Source: Candidatus Saccharimonadota bacterium (GTDB lineage: Bacteria > Bacillota_I > Bacilli_A > Mycoplasmatales > Hepatoplasmataceae). From it: 32,000 bases of DNA. Location: assembly GCA_027925225.1 (NCBI GenBank), contig AP027131.1, positions 630,109 to 662,108 of the forward strand, in the 5' to 3' direction. The position numbers were made by a program, and so were the translations under genes. The notes under the pieces were generated by a model. The model searched no databases and was not told the origin of the DNA. It was given only the letters and a program-made list of their open reading frames with translations. This document shows, piece after piece, positions 1-11,210 of the stretch (positions within the stretch are counted from its first letter, which is position 1; every line of letters starts with the position of its first letter).

Positions 1-18
1 CAATTCCACCACACCCGC
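1..18 (-). tRNA. Partial tRNA, 5' portion only, cut by the window edge; possibly class II such as Leu
   Basis: The reverse complement reads GCGGGTG-TG-GTGGAATTG. That is an acceptor 5' strand followed by a D-arm resembling GGCGGAATTGG of long-arm tRNAs. It lies 3 nt from the next tRNA in the same cluster. The anticodon is outside the window. Confidence 0.45.
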
Positions 19-21
19 ACA

Positions 22-98
22 TGGTGCCGTTGATAGGAATCGAACCTACGACCTACTGATTACAAGTCAGTTGCTCTGGCCTGCTGAGCTACAACGGC
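22..98 (-). tRNA. tRNA-Thr (anticodon UGU), CCA encoded
   Basis: Acceptor strands GCCGTTG/CAACGGC pair. The T-loop is TTCGATT. The anticodon stem is ACTGA/TCAGT and the loop CTTGTAA gives anticodon UGU. The plus strand starts with TGG, so CCA is encoded. Confidence 0.9.
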
Positions 99-112
99 TT
101 GGGTTGTAAGAT

Positions 113-188
113 TGGTGGGGCATATAGGACTTGAACCTATGACCTCCTGCTTGTAAGGCAGATGCTCTCCCAACTGAGCTAATACCCC
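113..188 (-). tRNA. tRNA-Val (anticodon UAC), CCA encoded
   Basis: The acceptor stem pairs with one G-U. The anticodon loop CTTACAA gives UAC. The T-arm is ATAGG/CCTAT and 3' CCA is encoded. Confidence 0.9.
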
Positions 189-193
189 TTTAT

Positions 194-269
194 TGGTGAC
201 CCATACGGGACTCGAACCCGTGAATGCTAGGATGAAAACCTAGTGTGTTAACCTCTTCACCAATGGGCC
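194..269 (-). tRNA. tRNA-Glu (anticodon UUC), CCA encoded
   Basis: The acceptor stem pairs with one G-U. The anticodon stem is CTAGG/CCTAG and the loop TTTTCAT gives UUC. The T-arm is ACGGG/CCCGT. Confidence 0.9.
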
Positions 270-275
270 AAAAAA

Positions 276-350
276 TGGCGCTCCGGAGAGGATTCGAACC
301 TCCGACCAACTGGTTAACAGCCAGCTGCTCTACCGCTGAGCTACCAGAGC
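276..350 (-). tRNA. tRNA-Asn (anticodon GUU), CCA encoded
   Basis: The acceptor stem pairs with one G-U. The anticodon loop CTGTTAA gives GUU. The T-loop is TTCGAAT flanked by GGAGG/CCTCT, which pair with one G-U. Confidence 0.9.
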
Positions 351-563
351 AATGTGTCTTTTAAAATTCTATACCCTTATATTATAGCAAAAAAGAACCC
401 TATTATTATACTTCAAGCATAATCAAAGATGTACAATGAATATTAAAATGTATTAATTATCTTATTACTTCCTATGAATAATGATAGTTTATTATAATAA
501 AAAAAATCTAAAAAATTAAAAAAAATATATTTTTGTTATTATCTTTATAATAAGAGTTTAATA

Positions 564-1256
564 ATGAAATTCATAGGTAAAAAAGAAATGAAAAAGAAAA
601 ATATAGCAATCTTTGGTGCCGGTAGATTTAGTAGTTTTCTTATACAACAACTTTCTAGATTTCCACGTTATAAAATTACATTGATAGAAAAAGATGAAAT
701 AAAAGCTAGAGCATTATCTGATCATGTAGAAGAAACATATATAGGCGATGCAACAGATGAAGCTTTTTTAACAAAATTACATTTAAAAAACATTGATATA
801 TTTGTAGTTGGAATTGGAGACAATATTCAAAACTCTATTTTGATTTGTTCAATTTTACAAGAAAAATATACTGGTTTAATAATTGCAAAAGCAGTAGATC
901 TTAGACATGAAGAAGTATTAAGAAAGATAGGAATAAAAGAAGTAATAAATTTACAAACAAACGCTGCTAGAGTAGCTCTTTTAAAAATAATTAATCCTAT
1001 TTTAGGAAGTATTGATAGAAAAAATTTAATTGAATTAGATGAAGAAATTTCATTTTTACGTACAGGAATAAGTGAGAAATGAAAAAATAGAACAGTTCAA
1101 GAAATTAATCTTCCTCAAACCATTTCTATTGTTCTAGTACAAAGAGATAAAAAAAATCTAATTGTATCCGGACATACAATTATAAAAGAAGAAGATAATC
1201 TAATCATTTTAGGAAGAAATGAAGAATTAAATAAATTAATAAAAGATTACTTCTAA
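564..1256 (+). CDS. ktrA: K+ uptake system regulatory subunit KtrA/TrkA (RCK_N plus RCK_C), 230 aa
   Basis: N-terminal Rossmann motif IAIFGAGRFS. The ORF-track fragment 564..1082 ends at TGA. Reading through gives an RCK_C-like tail (VQEINLPQTISIVLVQRDKKNLIVSGHTIIKEEDNLIILG) ending at TAA 1254..1256. An alternative start is the ATG at 588. Confidence 0.8.
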
Positions 1257-1298
1257 TAATTAAATAGTTTTATAATAAACTTAATTTTAATTTTCAAA

Positions 1299-2960
1299 AT
1301 GACAAAAATGAAAAATAATAATAATTTAACAGAAGAAAAATTTGTCAATGAATCAACAAAAATAAAAGAAGTTGATCCTAATAAAAAAAGGAAAAAGACA
1401 GGTTTTGATTTAGATAAATCTTCAACATGAAGTAATTTTTGAAGAATATGAATTCCAACAATAGTAACTCAATTAATTGCTGGAACTTTTATTGTGTTTG
1501 ACACAATGTTTATTGCTCATGGTTATCATAGTGGAAACATAGGGGATATATGAACATGAAATTCAGATGTTGCTTATGCTGCGATTGGTCCTAGTGGTAC
1601 CGCTTTTGCAATGCCTTATACATTATTGATGGTTTCTATGGGGCTTTTAATAGGTGGGGGAATTTCTATTAAAGTAATCAAACAAAAAGCAGTTGGTGAT
1701 GATGAAGGTGCAAAAAAAACAATGAATAACCTTACTCCAATTGTTTTAATGTATGGTCTTGTAATGACAGGAGTTTTCTTTATAGGAGCAAAGTTTTTTA
1801 TATGGCTAGGTTCTGGTTTTCAAACTGTATTTCTTGATAATTGATTTAATAATCCTCTACTTAATTCAGATTGAAATGGTTCAATTACTGATAATACAAT
1901 GAATGTAGACGCTGCTGGACAATTGTTTCAACAAGCAGGTTGATATCTAAGAATTCAAGCATTAGGGTCAATACCTTATATTTATATGATTGCTTCACAA
2001 ATTACTTTAAGAGTAGAAGGTAAATCAAATAGAGGAATTAGATATACTGGTGCTTCTCTTGCAATGAATATAGTACTTGACTTTTTATTTATTGTTGTCT
2101 TTGGTTTAAATTTAGTTGGTGCTGCATTAGCTACAGTAATAGCACAAACATTAGCTGCAAGTCTTTATTATAGATACTATAGAAGAGAATTTCCAATAAA
2201 AATGGATAGTTTTAGCTGATCAGAAGGAAGAAAAGATGTAAAAGAAGTTTCAAAACTTGGAACTTCTACAATGTTTTTACAGCTTATTTCAATGTTAATT
2301 CTTTTAACATTTACAATTTCAATCGGTGTTGTTTATTATGATGATTTTAATGCTTCATTAAATTTCACATCCGCCTTTCAGGGATATTTCTCACTCTTTG
2401 TTTTATTTATCCTTCCAGTAAACGGAACGGCACAAGCTACCTCTGCTGTTGCATCCTACAATTATCAAAAAAAGCGTCCTGAAAAAATTTACGAAGTTAG
2501 AAAAATAGGATTTTCAATTACATTATTCTACTCTTTTTTAATTACTTTATTAGTTTTATTTTATCCAAATATAACCCAAGCTTTTGGTCAACCATCGATT
2601 GGTAATTTTTATCCACAAAGAATGGCTCAAATAATGTTTTTTACCTTCACATTAACTAGTTTAACTTTATTAAATTCTATTTATTTACAATCTACAGGAA
2701 AAGAAAAAGGAGCAATGACTATTCTATTTATAAAATCTTTATTGATTTTACCAATTGCTCTTATAATAGGTTTTGCAACAAAAGATGCAGTTGCAAATGG
2801 AACAAATTGATCTTGAGGAAGTAATGAAATAAATGCTCCATATTCAGTCTTCCTATTTTACACAATACCAATAATAGATATAATTACATTCCCATTTGTG
2901 ATAAAACAATTTAGTGATGCAAATAAAAGAATTAGTAAAATGGAGAATACTCAAAAATAA
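1299..2960 (+). CDS. MATE-family efflux transporter, 553 aa
   Basis: One frame runs from ATG 1299 through ORF-track fragments 1611, 1986 and 2271, with about a dozen in-frame TGA codons and no TAA/TAG until 2958. It is a polytopic protein with MATE-like motifs: WRIWIPTIVTQLIAGTFIVFDTMFI and GLNLVGAALATVIAQ. Confidence 0.65.
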
Positions 2961-2991
2961 AAGAAAAGAATAAAAATAAATTAAAAATTAT

Positions 2992-4626
2992 TTAACTAAA
3001 AAGAATATCTAATTTATCTCTTATATTACTCATTAAATTTATATATATTTTTAAAATTGGTTCTGTTCCTGAATTTCTTATTAAAATATTAGATCCATCA
3101 GAAAAAATAAATTCAGTTACATCGCTTTTAGGAATATCTTTATATCCATTTTTATAATCTCTTATTTCTATTAAATCAATATTTATAAAGTCTTTGTTTT
3201 TTAATTTATTTATTAATTTATTTATTAAATTAGAATAATTTTCATTACTTTTTTCTAAATTTATAATTCTTAATTCTGTATGAAAATATCCATATTCTTT
3301 TTTAATATCATCTAAATAATCTATTAAAGTTTTATTATATTTACCCTTCATTTCATATGCTATTTCTATTACAGAAATAAGGCTTTGAAAGAAGTCTTTA
3401 TCTCTTGTAATGTCATAATTAAAAATAGAACCATTTGATTCTTCTCATGCAAAAAGAAGTTTTGAGTGTTTATTTTCTTCCAATATCTCTTTTACTTTTT
3501 CTGAAATATTTGCAAAACCAGTAATTGTAGAGTAATGTTTTACATTATATTTTTCTAACATTTTGTCTAAATATTTTGAAGTTACAATAGAGTTTACTGT
3601 AAAAGTATTTTTTAAATTTATTTTTTTTCTTTTAATGTTTTTAAGTAAATAATGTAGTTGAATAATTGGTAATTCATTTCCATTTAATAATCTTCAATTA
3701 CCACCGTTTCTTACCATTACCCCTATTCGATCTGCATCTGGGTCAGAGCCAATTAAAATATCTGCATTAAATTTATTTCCATATATTTTTGAAAAATAAA
3801 ATGAATCTTCAAATTGCGGATTAGGATTTTTTGAATTGCTAAATTCTTCATCAAAATTACTCTGTTCATTTACAATAGCAAAATCTACTTTTAATTTTTC
3901 TAAAATTGGTTTTGTTATTGTTATTCCAGCCCCGTGATTTGAATTATAAATAATTTTAAAATTATGTTTTTTTTCTAAAGGGGGTTTTAAAAAATTAAAT
4001 AAATCATCTATATATTTATAAATAAAAAAATCATCTAAATAATAAATATTATCTTCATTCATTTTAAAATTAAAATAATCATCTATATTATTTAAATGTT
4101 TTTTAAATAAATTTATAAAATCTTTTCCTATTTGTTTTCCAAAAGAATCATAAAATTTCATTCCACTATATTCTTTTGTATTATGAGAAGCTGTTACATT
4201 TATTCCTCCCAATAATTTTTTTTCAATTATTAAATAGGATAAAAAAGGAGTAACCAAAGGTTCGTTATTTTTATAAAGAAAAACAGGAATCCCAAAAGCA
4301 GAGAGAATTTTTGCAGCAGTAAAAGAAAATAATCTTCCATATTTTCTATTATCATGAAAAATTACCAATCCATCTTTTAAATTTGATTTACTTTCTTTTA
4401 AAGTTAAACCAAAACAATATGCAAATTTTGAAATAGTATATTTATTAATATATTTGGTTCCTGACTTTATTTCACCTCTTATACCAGCAGTACCAAAATC
4501 AATTTCTTTACTAAATCTATCTATCTTTTCTTTTTCTGAAAGAGACATTAAAATTGATAATGTTTCTTTATCTTCAACGTTTTCAATTCATTTTTTATAA
4601 ATAATATTAAAATTTTCTTGGCTCAT
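2992..4626 (-). CDS. Phosphoglucomutase/phosphomannomutase (alpha-D-phosphohexomutase), 544 aa
   Basis: Active-site loop TASHNTKEYSGMK and metal-binding loop GSDPDADRIG are present. Fragments 2992..3351 and 3694..4548 are in the same frame. The gap translates cleanly with TGA = Trp. The ATG is at 4626. Confidence 0.85.
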
Positions 4627-4632
4627 AAATTA

Positions 4633-5328
4633 TTAAAAATATGGTTTGCTTAAAATTTGGTTATGTCTTCTTGGAAGTGAGGAATTTTTTCAACCTAATT
4701 TTTTAAAAATAACAAAATATCTTTTTAAATTTTCTTCTAAATCTCAATCAAATATTTCATCTAATTTAACATCAAATTTAAAAATTATTTCTTCCTCGTT
4801 ATAACCTTTTAATTCTTCTTTATAATTTTTACCTTTATAAAGAATCATACTTCCTTCTGGCTTTAACAAAAAAGAACCAATTTCAGTATTAATTCCTGTT
4901 TGTGAAAATGCTCTAAAAATAACATAATCAAATTTAGCCAATAATTGTTTTTGAGTTTCAATTCTACCTCAAATTATTTCCACATTTTTAAGAAAAAACT
5001 TATTCTTAATTATATTTACTCAATTTATTTTTTTTCTATTTGAATCTATTAATGTGAAATTTACTTCAGGAAAAATAATAGCCAACACAAGTCCGGGAAA
5101 TCCTCCTCCAGTACCAACATCAATAATATTTTCACCTTTTTTAAATTCAATAAATTTTGTAATACCAAGTGAATCTTTTATATTCTTTATAAAAAAATCT
5201 TCTTCTGAAACATTTGAAGAAAGATTAACAACTTTATTACCTTTTCTAAATTCAATATAAAATGAATCTAAATCTTCATATTGCTTTTTACTTAAGCAAA
5301 AATCTTTTAAATATTTTTCTGAATACAT
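4633..5328 (-). CDS. rsmG: 16S rRNA (guanine527-N7)-methyltransferase RsmG (GidB), 231 aa
   Basis: SAM-binding motif IIDVGTGGGFPGLVLAI is present. Fragments 5020..5328 and 4744..4941 are in frame. Readthrough of TGA reaches TAA at 4633..4635 with a basic C-terminal tail typical of RsmG. Confidence 0.85.
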
Positions 5329-5350
5329 ACATTACTATTATAATAGAAAA

Positions 5351-6289
5351 TTACCTTAAATCTTTTTTATAAGGCTTACCAGCAAAAGCAGGAGAAGAAG
5401 AGTTTTTTATAAATGGAAGAATAATTAACGGAAGAATAAATGGAATAATATTAAATAATTCATAAGGAAGTGCATCATTTAAATTTTGGAAAGTGACTCA
5501 CATTGTTGAAACAGCAGTAAGTCCAGCAAAGGCAAGCGAAACTAAAAAAATAAAAATTACATTTCATTGTCCAATAATTAATATTGCAAGTGAAATAAAT
5601 CCAGATCCATTTACTGTACCCGAAAATGTTCCAGACATTGCAATGGGAAACATTGCTCCGCCTATACCTGTAAAAAATCCAGCTAAAGTAAGAGCAATAA
5701 CTCTTGTTTTATAAACAGAAACTCCTGCTGTTTCAAGAGCATAAGGATTTTCACCTGATGTTCTTAAATGTAATCCATAATGTGTTTTATTTATAATTAT
5801 TCAACCAATTACAATTACTAAAATTGAAATAGGAAGCATTATTATTGCTGTTGTATTTATCCCGCCTGCTCAAGATGCAGAGGTAGCTGTAATATCAATT
5901 GAAATAGAATTACTATGAAGTACTGTTGTAATCATTAATACTGAAAAAGCAACAGAAAATAAATTTATTGCTGTTCCGGTTATTACTTGATCACTCATAA
6001 AATAAACAGATGGTATCGTAAATACAATTGAAAAAACTGCTGTAACAAGTCCGGCAATTAAAATTGCAACATATGGCGTCGCCTTACCAAAGGTTTCTAT
6101 AAAACCTTGATTTGAAAGAAGTAAAGCAAAAACCAGTGCTCCTATTATCATTTTTCCATCAAGTGCAATATTTACAATTCCAGATTTTTCTGATAATAAA
6201 CCTGCAAATGACCCCATTGTATATACAGCAATAAAGGCAAAAAAAGTTGAAATTCCTAAGGCTGCTGTTGATGAAATCCCAGTATCCAT
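5351..6289 (-). CDS. ABC transporter permease (BMP/nucleoside-sugar type, second permease), 312 aa
   Basis: Motifs SEKSGIVNIALDGKM and SGENPYALETAGVSVYKTRVIALTLAGFFTGIGGAM are typical of this permease family. The SD GGGGGTGA lies upstream. The ATG overlaps the upstream stop as TAATG. The stop is TAA at 5351..5353. Confidence 0.8.
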
Positions 6290-7650
6290 TAATTATCACC
6301 CCCATTCATTATTTCATTTTTTGTATTTACATTTTTTGTAAAATTATCTTCTGAAAAATTAGAAATATTGATGTCTAAATTTAAAGAAGTATTGGTGCTT
6401 TTGGTTACGGATTTAATACTTGCTTTTTGTGGTTTTTTTATTTTTTTACTATTTTTATCTTTTTTTACTTTTTTAGATTTTTCATTATTTTTGTCATTTT
6501 CATTTTTATCTTTTTCTTTATTTTCTTTATTTATTCAATCTAAAATAAATTGATGCGGTTTAACAATCATCACATAATTTGATATAGCCATAAATCATAA
6601 AATTATAGACATAATTACTGATCCAACATTTTGGTTTGCATAAATATTTAAAAAGGATTTTGAATTCTCAAATAGAGACATAAATATAGCGGCGCCAAAT
6701 GCCCCCAATGGATTATTAAATCCAATTAATGCAATTGTAATTCCATTAAATGCCTCAGCCGGAAGATCACTTGTTAAAGTTGGTAAATTTTGATTTGTTC
6801 CTAAATAAAAACAAGATCCGGCAAGACCAGCAAGGCCACCAGAAAGCATAAAGGCACTTCTTGTTTCTTTATTGTAATTTATTCCTGAGTATATTGAAGC
6901 ACCCTTACTTTGTCCCAATATAGTTTGTTTTACACCTCAAGTTGTATATTTATAAAGAAATCAAATTGTTGGTAAAATGATAATTAAAATAATTAGACCT
7001 ATATTAATTGGGGAATCAGGAGCAAAAGAAAACCTTAATGAATTGCTATCTGGTATTGAAACAGATGCTCCTTCTCCACTTGGATAAAGTTGGGGAAAAT
7101 TATTTGGATTAGAGAAAAATCTATAAAATCAATATACTACTCAATTAAGCATAATTGAGCTAACAACTTCATGTACACCAAATCTAGTTTTTAAAGTTGA
7201 AATTAATAATGCAATAGCTACCCCAACTAATATTGGTAAAAAAATCGAAACTAAGACTCCTATTCTTCCAGCATTCGGAATCACAAGAGTAGCAAATAAA
7301 AATCCTGCAAGTCCTCCTCCTACCATTTGAGCAGAAATACCAATATTAAAAAATCCGGCCCTAAAGGAAACAACCATGGATAAACCAATTATTGTCATTC
7401 ATGTAATTGTGCTTATTAAATTTTCAAAATCTTCTATTGATGAAAAATTTCCTTGAAAAAGAGCAATAAAAAGTGAGAAAGGAGAATAGCCAAAAAGAGC
7501 AAGTAAAAACATTCCTAAAAGTAGGCCTATTATAATCGAAAATAAAGAATAATAAAGGCCAAACTTATCGTGTTTTCTTTTTGCTTTTTTCTTTTTTTCT
7601 TCTGATTTTTTGTTTTCTGTTTTTACTTTTATTTTTGTTTCTTTATTCAT
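6289..7650 (-). CDS. ABC transporter permease (first permease) with Lys-rich N- and C-terminal extensions, 453 aa
   Basis: Fragments 7399..7692, 7141..7398 and 6595..6918 share one frame, and all gaps were checked free of TAA/TAG. The likely start is ATG 7650, preceded by GGTGGGTGA. The stop is TAA at 6289..6291. The core is polytopic, with low-complexity K/N/E tails. Confidence 0.75.
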
Positions 7651-9274
7651 CAATTTCACCCACCAACATTCTAGAAATAGTTCCAAAATCATATTTTTTA
7701 GGTTTAATTATTTTTATAATTTGACCTTTATATAAAATTGCAATTCTTGTACATACTTCTATAAGTTCTGAGAGCTCTAGTGAATAAAGTATTGTTGCTT
7801 TTCCTTTTGAGTTTTCTATCATATCTTTATAAATATCATTTATAGCTTTTATATCTAATCCTCTTGTAGGATAGCCAACAAGAAAAAGCGTATGTCTATT
7901 TAATGCTTCTCTTCCATAAACAAATTTTTGTTGATTTCCTCCAGAAAGATTTCTAATAAATTGATTAACATTTTTTACGCCTTCAACATTATATTTATCA
8001 ACAATTTCTTTTGATCATTCATATATTTTTTTTTCATCCATCACTATACTTTTGTTAAATTTTCAACTATATTTTTTAGAAAATTGCGCACTCCCAAAAT
8101 CAGAAATTATTGAATTATATTTAATACTTTTATTTAAAAGAACACCATATTTAAATCTATCAATTGGAACATGAGACATAAATTTTTGTTTATATTTTAT
8201 TGGAAGATTAGTAATATCAAAAAAACCATTTTCTTCTTTTTTAAATTTCTTTTTATGAGAACTTTTTAAATAATCATCTTTATCATTAAAAAGTATTTTT
8301 GAATTTTTATCTGGTACTTTTAACCCTGCTATGGAATTTAAAATTTCTTCTTGTCCATTTCCTTCAATTCCAGCAAGACCAAATATTTCATTTTCATGAA
8401 CTTCAAAATTAACATCTCTTACTGCATGAAAACCTCTTGATGTAAAATAATTTAAATTTTCTACTTTTAAAATTACATTTCTTTTTGCAATAGGAGCTTC
8501 AAATTTAATTTTTACTTCTTTTCCTATCATTAATTTTGAAATTACTGAAGGTGTAAATTTTGATTCATTTTTATAAGTACCTACTAATTTACCTCTTTTT
8601 AAAATTGAAATTCTATCAGAGATTTTTTTTACTTCTTGTAATTTATGAGAAACAAAAATAACTAAAATTCCTTGTGCTTTTAATTGTTCTACAATTTTTA
8701 AAAATAATTTAATTTCTCTTACCGAAAGAGTTGCTGTCGGTTCATCAAAAATTAAAACTTCTTTCTTCTCTCAAAGTGTTTTTAATATTTCTACTTTTTG
8801 TCTATCTCCAATGTTTAATTTTTTTACAAGAGAATCTGGTTTTAAATTAATATTATAATTTTTAGTAATTTCATTAAAATGTTCTAATATTTTCTTTTTA
8901 TTTAAAAATGGGCCTTTTCTATATTCTTTTTCTTGTCCAATTATTATGTTTTCAATTACAGTAAAATTTTCTACTAAATGAAAATGTTGATGAACCATTC
9001 CTATTTTATGTTTTGTTGCAGCTCCTTGATCATACATATTTACTTTTTTATTATTAATACGAATTTCTCCAGAATCTAAATTATATAAACCAAAAAGAAT
9101 AGACATTAAAGTAGATTTTCCAGAACCATTTTCTCCTACAAGAGAATGAATTTCACCTTTTTTAAAAGAAATGCTGATATTATCATTTGCTATTATTTGA
9201 CCATTTAAAAATGATTTTGTAATATTTATTAAATCTATTTTATTTTCGTTTTGTTTTTTTGATAAATCATTCAT
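7643..9274 (-). CDS. ABC transporter ATP-binding protein with two nucleotide-binding domains, 543 aa
   Basis: Walker A GENGSGKST, Walker B LIFDEPTA, and a second-domain P-loop variant GIEGNGQEE are present. Fragments 8771..9274 and 8063..8530 are in frame. The stop TAA at 7643..7645 overlaps the permease start by 8 nt. Confidence 0.85.
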
Positions 9275-9288
9275 TTCTTTCTCCCTAT

Positions 9289-11022
9289 TTATTTATGATA
9301 AACATCTCAATCTGGAATTCATGGATATTCGCTATGCATACCAGAAGTTTTAATAACTGTTCCTGGGGCAGAAAATGTATTTGATGCATTTTCTATTACT
9401 GGATTTTGAGTAAAAGCATAATCAAGAAAATCAAAGAAGTCTCCTGTAAAGGGAGCATCAGAATGCAATTCATTATATTCTTCAATTAAAATTTGAAATG
9501 ATTCTTCTAGTATTGTTGAAGAGATAAAATTACAACCACCATTGTTATAAGTTCCAACTAATTCTGAACTATATCCATCAGGATACTGTTCACCATAATC
9601 TTCATAAGATAAATCATTTGAATATGCTATATTGTTATCTCTATTTTCTTCGTCTGTATAATAAGATTCAACTTCTTCATCACTCATCTGAGCAAAATCT
9701 CTTTCTGTATAATCTGTTTTATATTCTTTTCATCCATAAATTTCTTTTGTTTCTCCATTATAAGTTACTTCTGTAGATTCTTCTGAAGTATGAGTAATTG
9801 CTCAATTTAAAATATATTCTATCGGAAGAGCATCGGAAGGAAATTCTCAATCATATTTTAAAATTAATCTATCAACATATCAAAGTCCAATTTGAATAGC
9901 TAATGGTATATTTTTTATAGCTGAACCTAAAACATAATCATTATAAGAAGGATATTGTTCACTAGCATCTGCATCAACACCAATTACCATAGTATTAACA
10001 TAATCACTGTTTGAATTTTGATTAACAATTGAAATTTGGTTAAGTGCATCTACCACTTGTCCTCCAGCAACAGGGAAAATTACTTTTGAACCTGCATCTA
10101 ATTGTTTTGTAGAAATTGTTGTTGCATCACCAATATTAAAAGAACCAGTATATCAAAGATTTGCGTTAGATTGGCTTGTAGGATTATTATAATCTATAAA
10201 TAATTCATTGCCTGTGGAACTACTATCTGAAAGTTTATAACCATTTATTAGGTGAATTGGGTCTAAATGATCTTCATATAAAAGTGCATCTTCATTTACT
10301 CATTCATAACTAAGGTCGTAACCCAAAACAGCTCAATTAAATCAATTTATTCCTTGCTCATATCCAGACATTCAATCAAATACCGAATTAAATGCTTGTC
10401 CGCCAAATGCAGATACTTTATTTTCTTCATTTGCTGTAGCATAAATTGAAGCAGCAAGACCGGCAGCAAAACCAACATATTCAGTCTCAAATCTTACAGA
10501 AATAACTTGTCTTGCAATTGATGAACTATGAACAGAATCATCAACAATAACCATTCATTTATCTTTATATTCATCATCAAAAATTGTTCCATTATTATTT
10601 CTATAAAAACTACCATCTGAGTTATAAACAGTTTCTCCAATAATAGAATCAATAAGATTAAATCCTGTAGCCCCAATAAATTCTGTTCCATTATTAAAAG
10701 CCATTTTTTGTAATTTTTGATATTCTTTAAAATCATTAATTGTAGTAGGTGTAAGATATCCTATTTTTGTGTAATCGCTATAATTTTCTTTACTAAATTT
10801 GGCATAAGAATTAGCGCCATTAAGTGTGCTCTCGTTAAATGATTTATCAGATTCAATCGAATTAGACAACTCAACCATTCCGGGTTGAATTCCTTTATCT
10901 AAATATTCTCATTTTTTAGAAACAACAGAACCTATTAAAAGAGAAAGTCCGTAAGAAAGTCCAATCAGAATAACCAAAAAGATAATTAATAGGAGATAAA
11001 AAATTGATTTTCTCTTTTCCAT
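9289..11022 (-). CDS. BMP-family ABC transporter substrate-binding protein with an acidic C-terminal extension, 577 aa
   Basis: BMP/PnrA-like motifs: DKSFNES, VSAFGGQAFNSV, YTGSFNIGD, KVIFPVAGG and VIGVDADA. One frame runs 11022..9289 with every gap codon-checked. The N-terminal hydrophobic segment contains no Cys. Confidence 0.75.
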
Positions 11023-11095
11023 TTTTTTTATTAATATTATTCTACATAAAATATTTTTTATATGTATAAAATTATCCTTTTTTATTAAATGATGA

Positions 11096-11166
11096 TAAAA
11101 AAATGTAAAAAAGATAAATAAATTGAAATTTTTAATTAAAAAAATGTAAAATGAGATAAATAAATT
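11096..11166. repeat. Imperfect direct repeat in a divergent intergenic region, two copies with a 41-nt period
   Basis: Copy 1 is 11096..11124 and copy 2 is 11137..11166. Both contain TAAAAAAATGTAAAA and GATAAATAAATT, separated by 2 versus 3 nt. Confidence 0.6.
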
Positions 11167-11210
11167 AATAAAATATTTAATTTAAATTATTAAAAAAATA
11201 TAATTTTTTT

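Noticed and set aside
351-563. Possible divergent promoters between the tRNA cluster and ktrA (TATAAT-like hexamers around 381..386 and 405..410 on the minus strand)
   Set aside because: In DNA this AT-rich, TATAAT-like hexamers are everywhere. The -35/-10 spacing I could find was poor (24 nt). I could not support a specific call.
5054-5260. Plus-strand ORF (68 aa) inside rsmG
   Set aside because: It is antisense to a well-supported rsmG frame containing the SAM motif. The sequence is low-complexity and has no SD. It is a shadow ORF.
5493-5714. Plus-strand ORF (73 aa, GTG start) inside permease 2
   Set aside because: It is antisense to the conserved permease frame (GENPYALETAGVS...). It is a shadow ORF.
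6368-6553. Plus-strand ORF (61 aa, Phe/Leu/Ser-rich)
   Set aside because: It is the complement of the Lys-rich C-terminal tail of permease 1. AAA/GAA codons read as TTT/TTC on the opposite strand.
7651-7692. N-terminal extension MILELFLECWWVKL of the permease ORF
   Set aside because: It lies within the 3' end of the ATPase gene. The SD GGTGGGTGA precedes the internal ATG at 7650, which gives the usual coupled arrangement.
10494-10736. Minus-strand ORF (80 aa) overlapping the binding-protein gene in another frame
   Set aside because: The BMP frame is continuous and carries family motifs across this region. The alternative frame has no motif.
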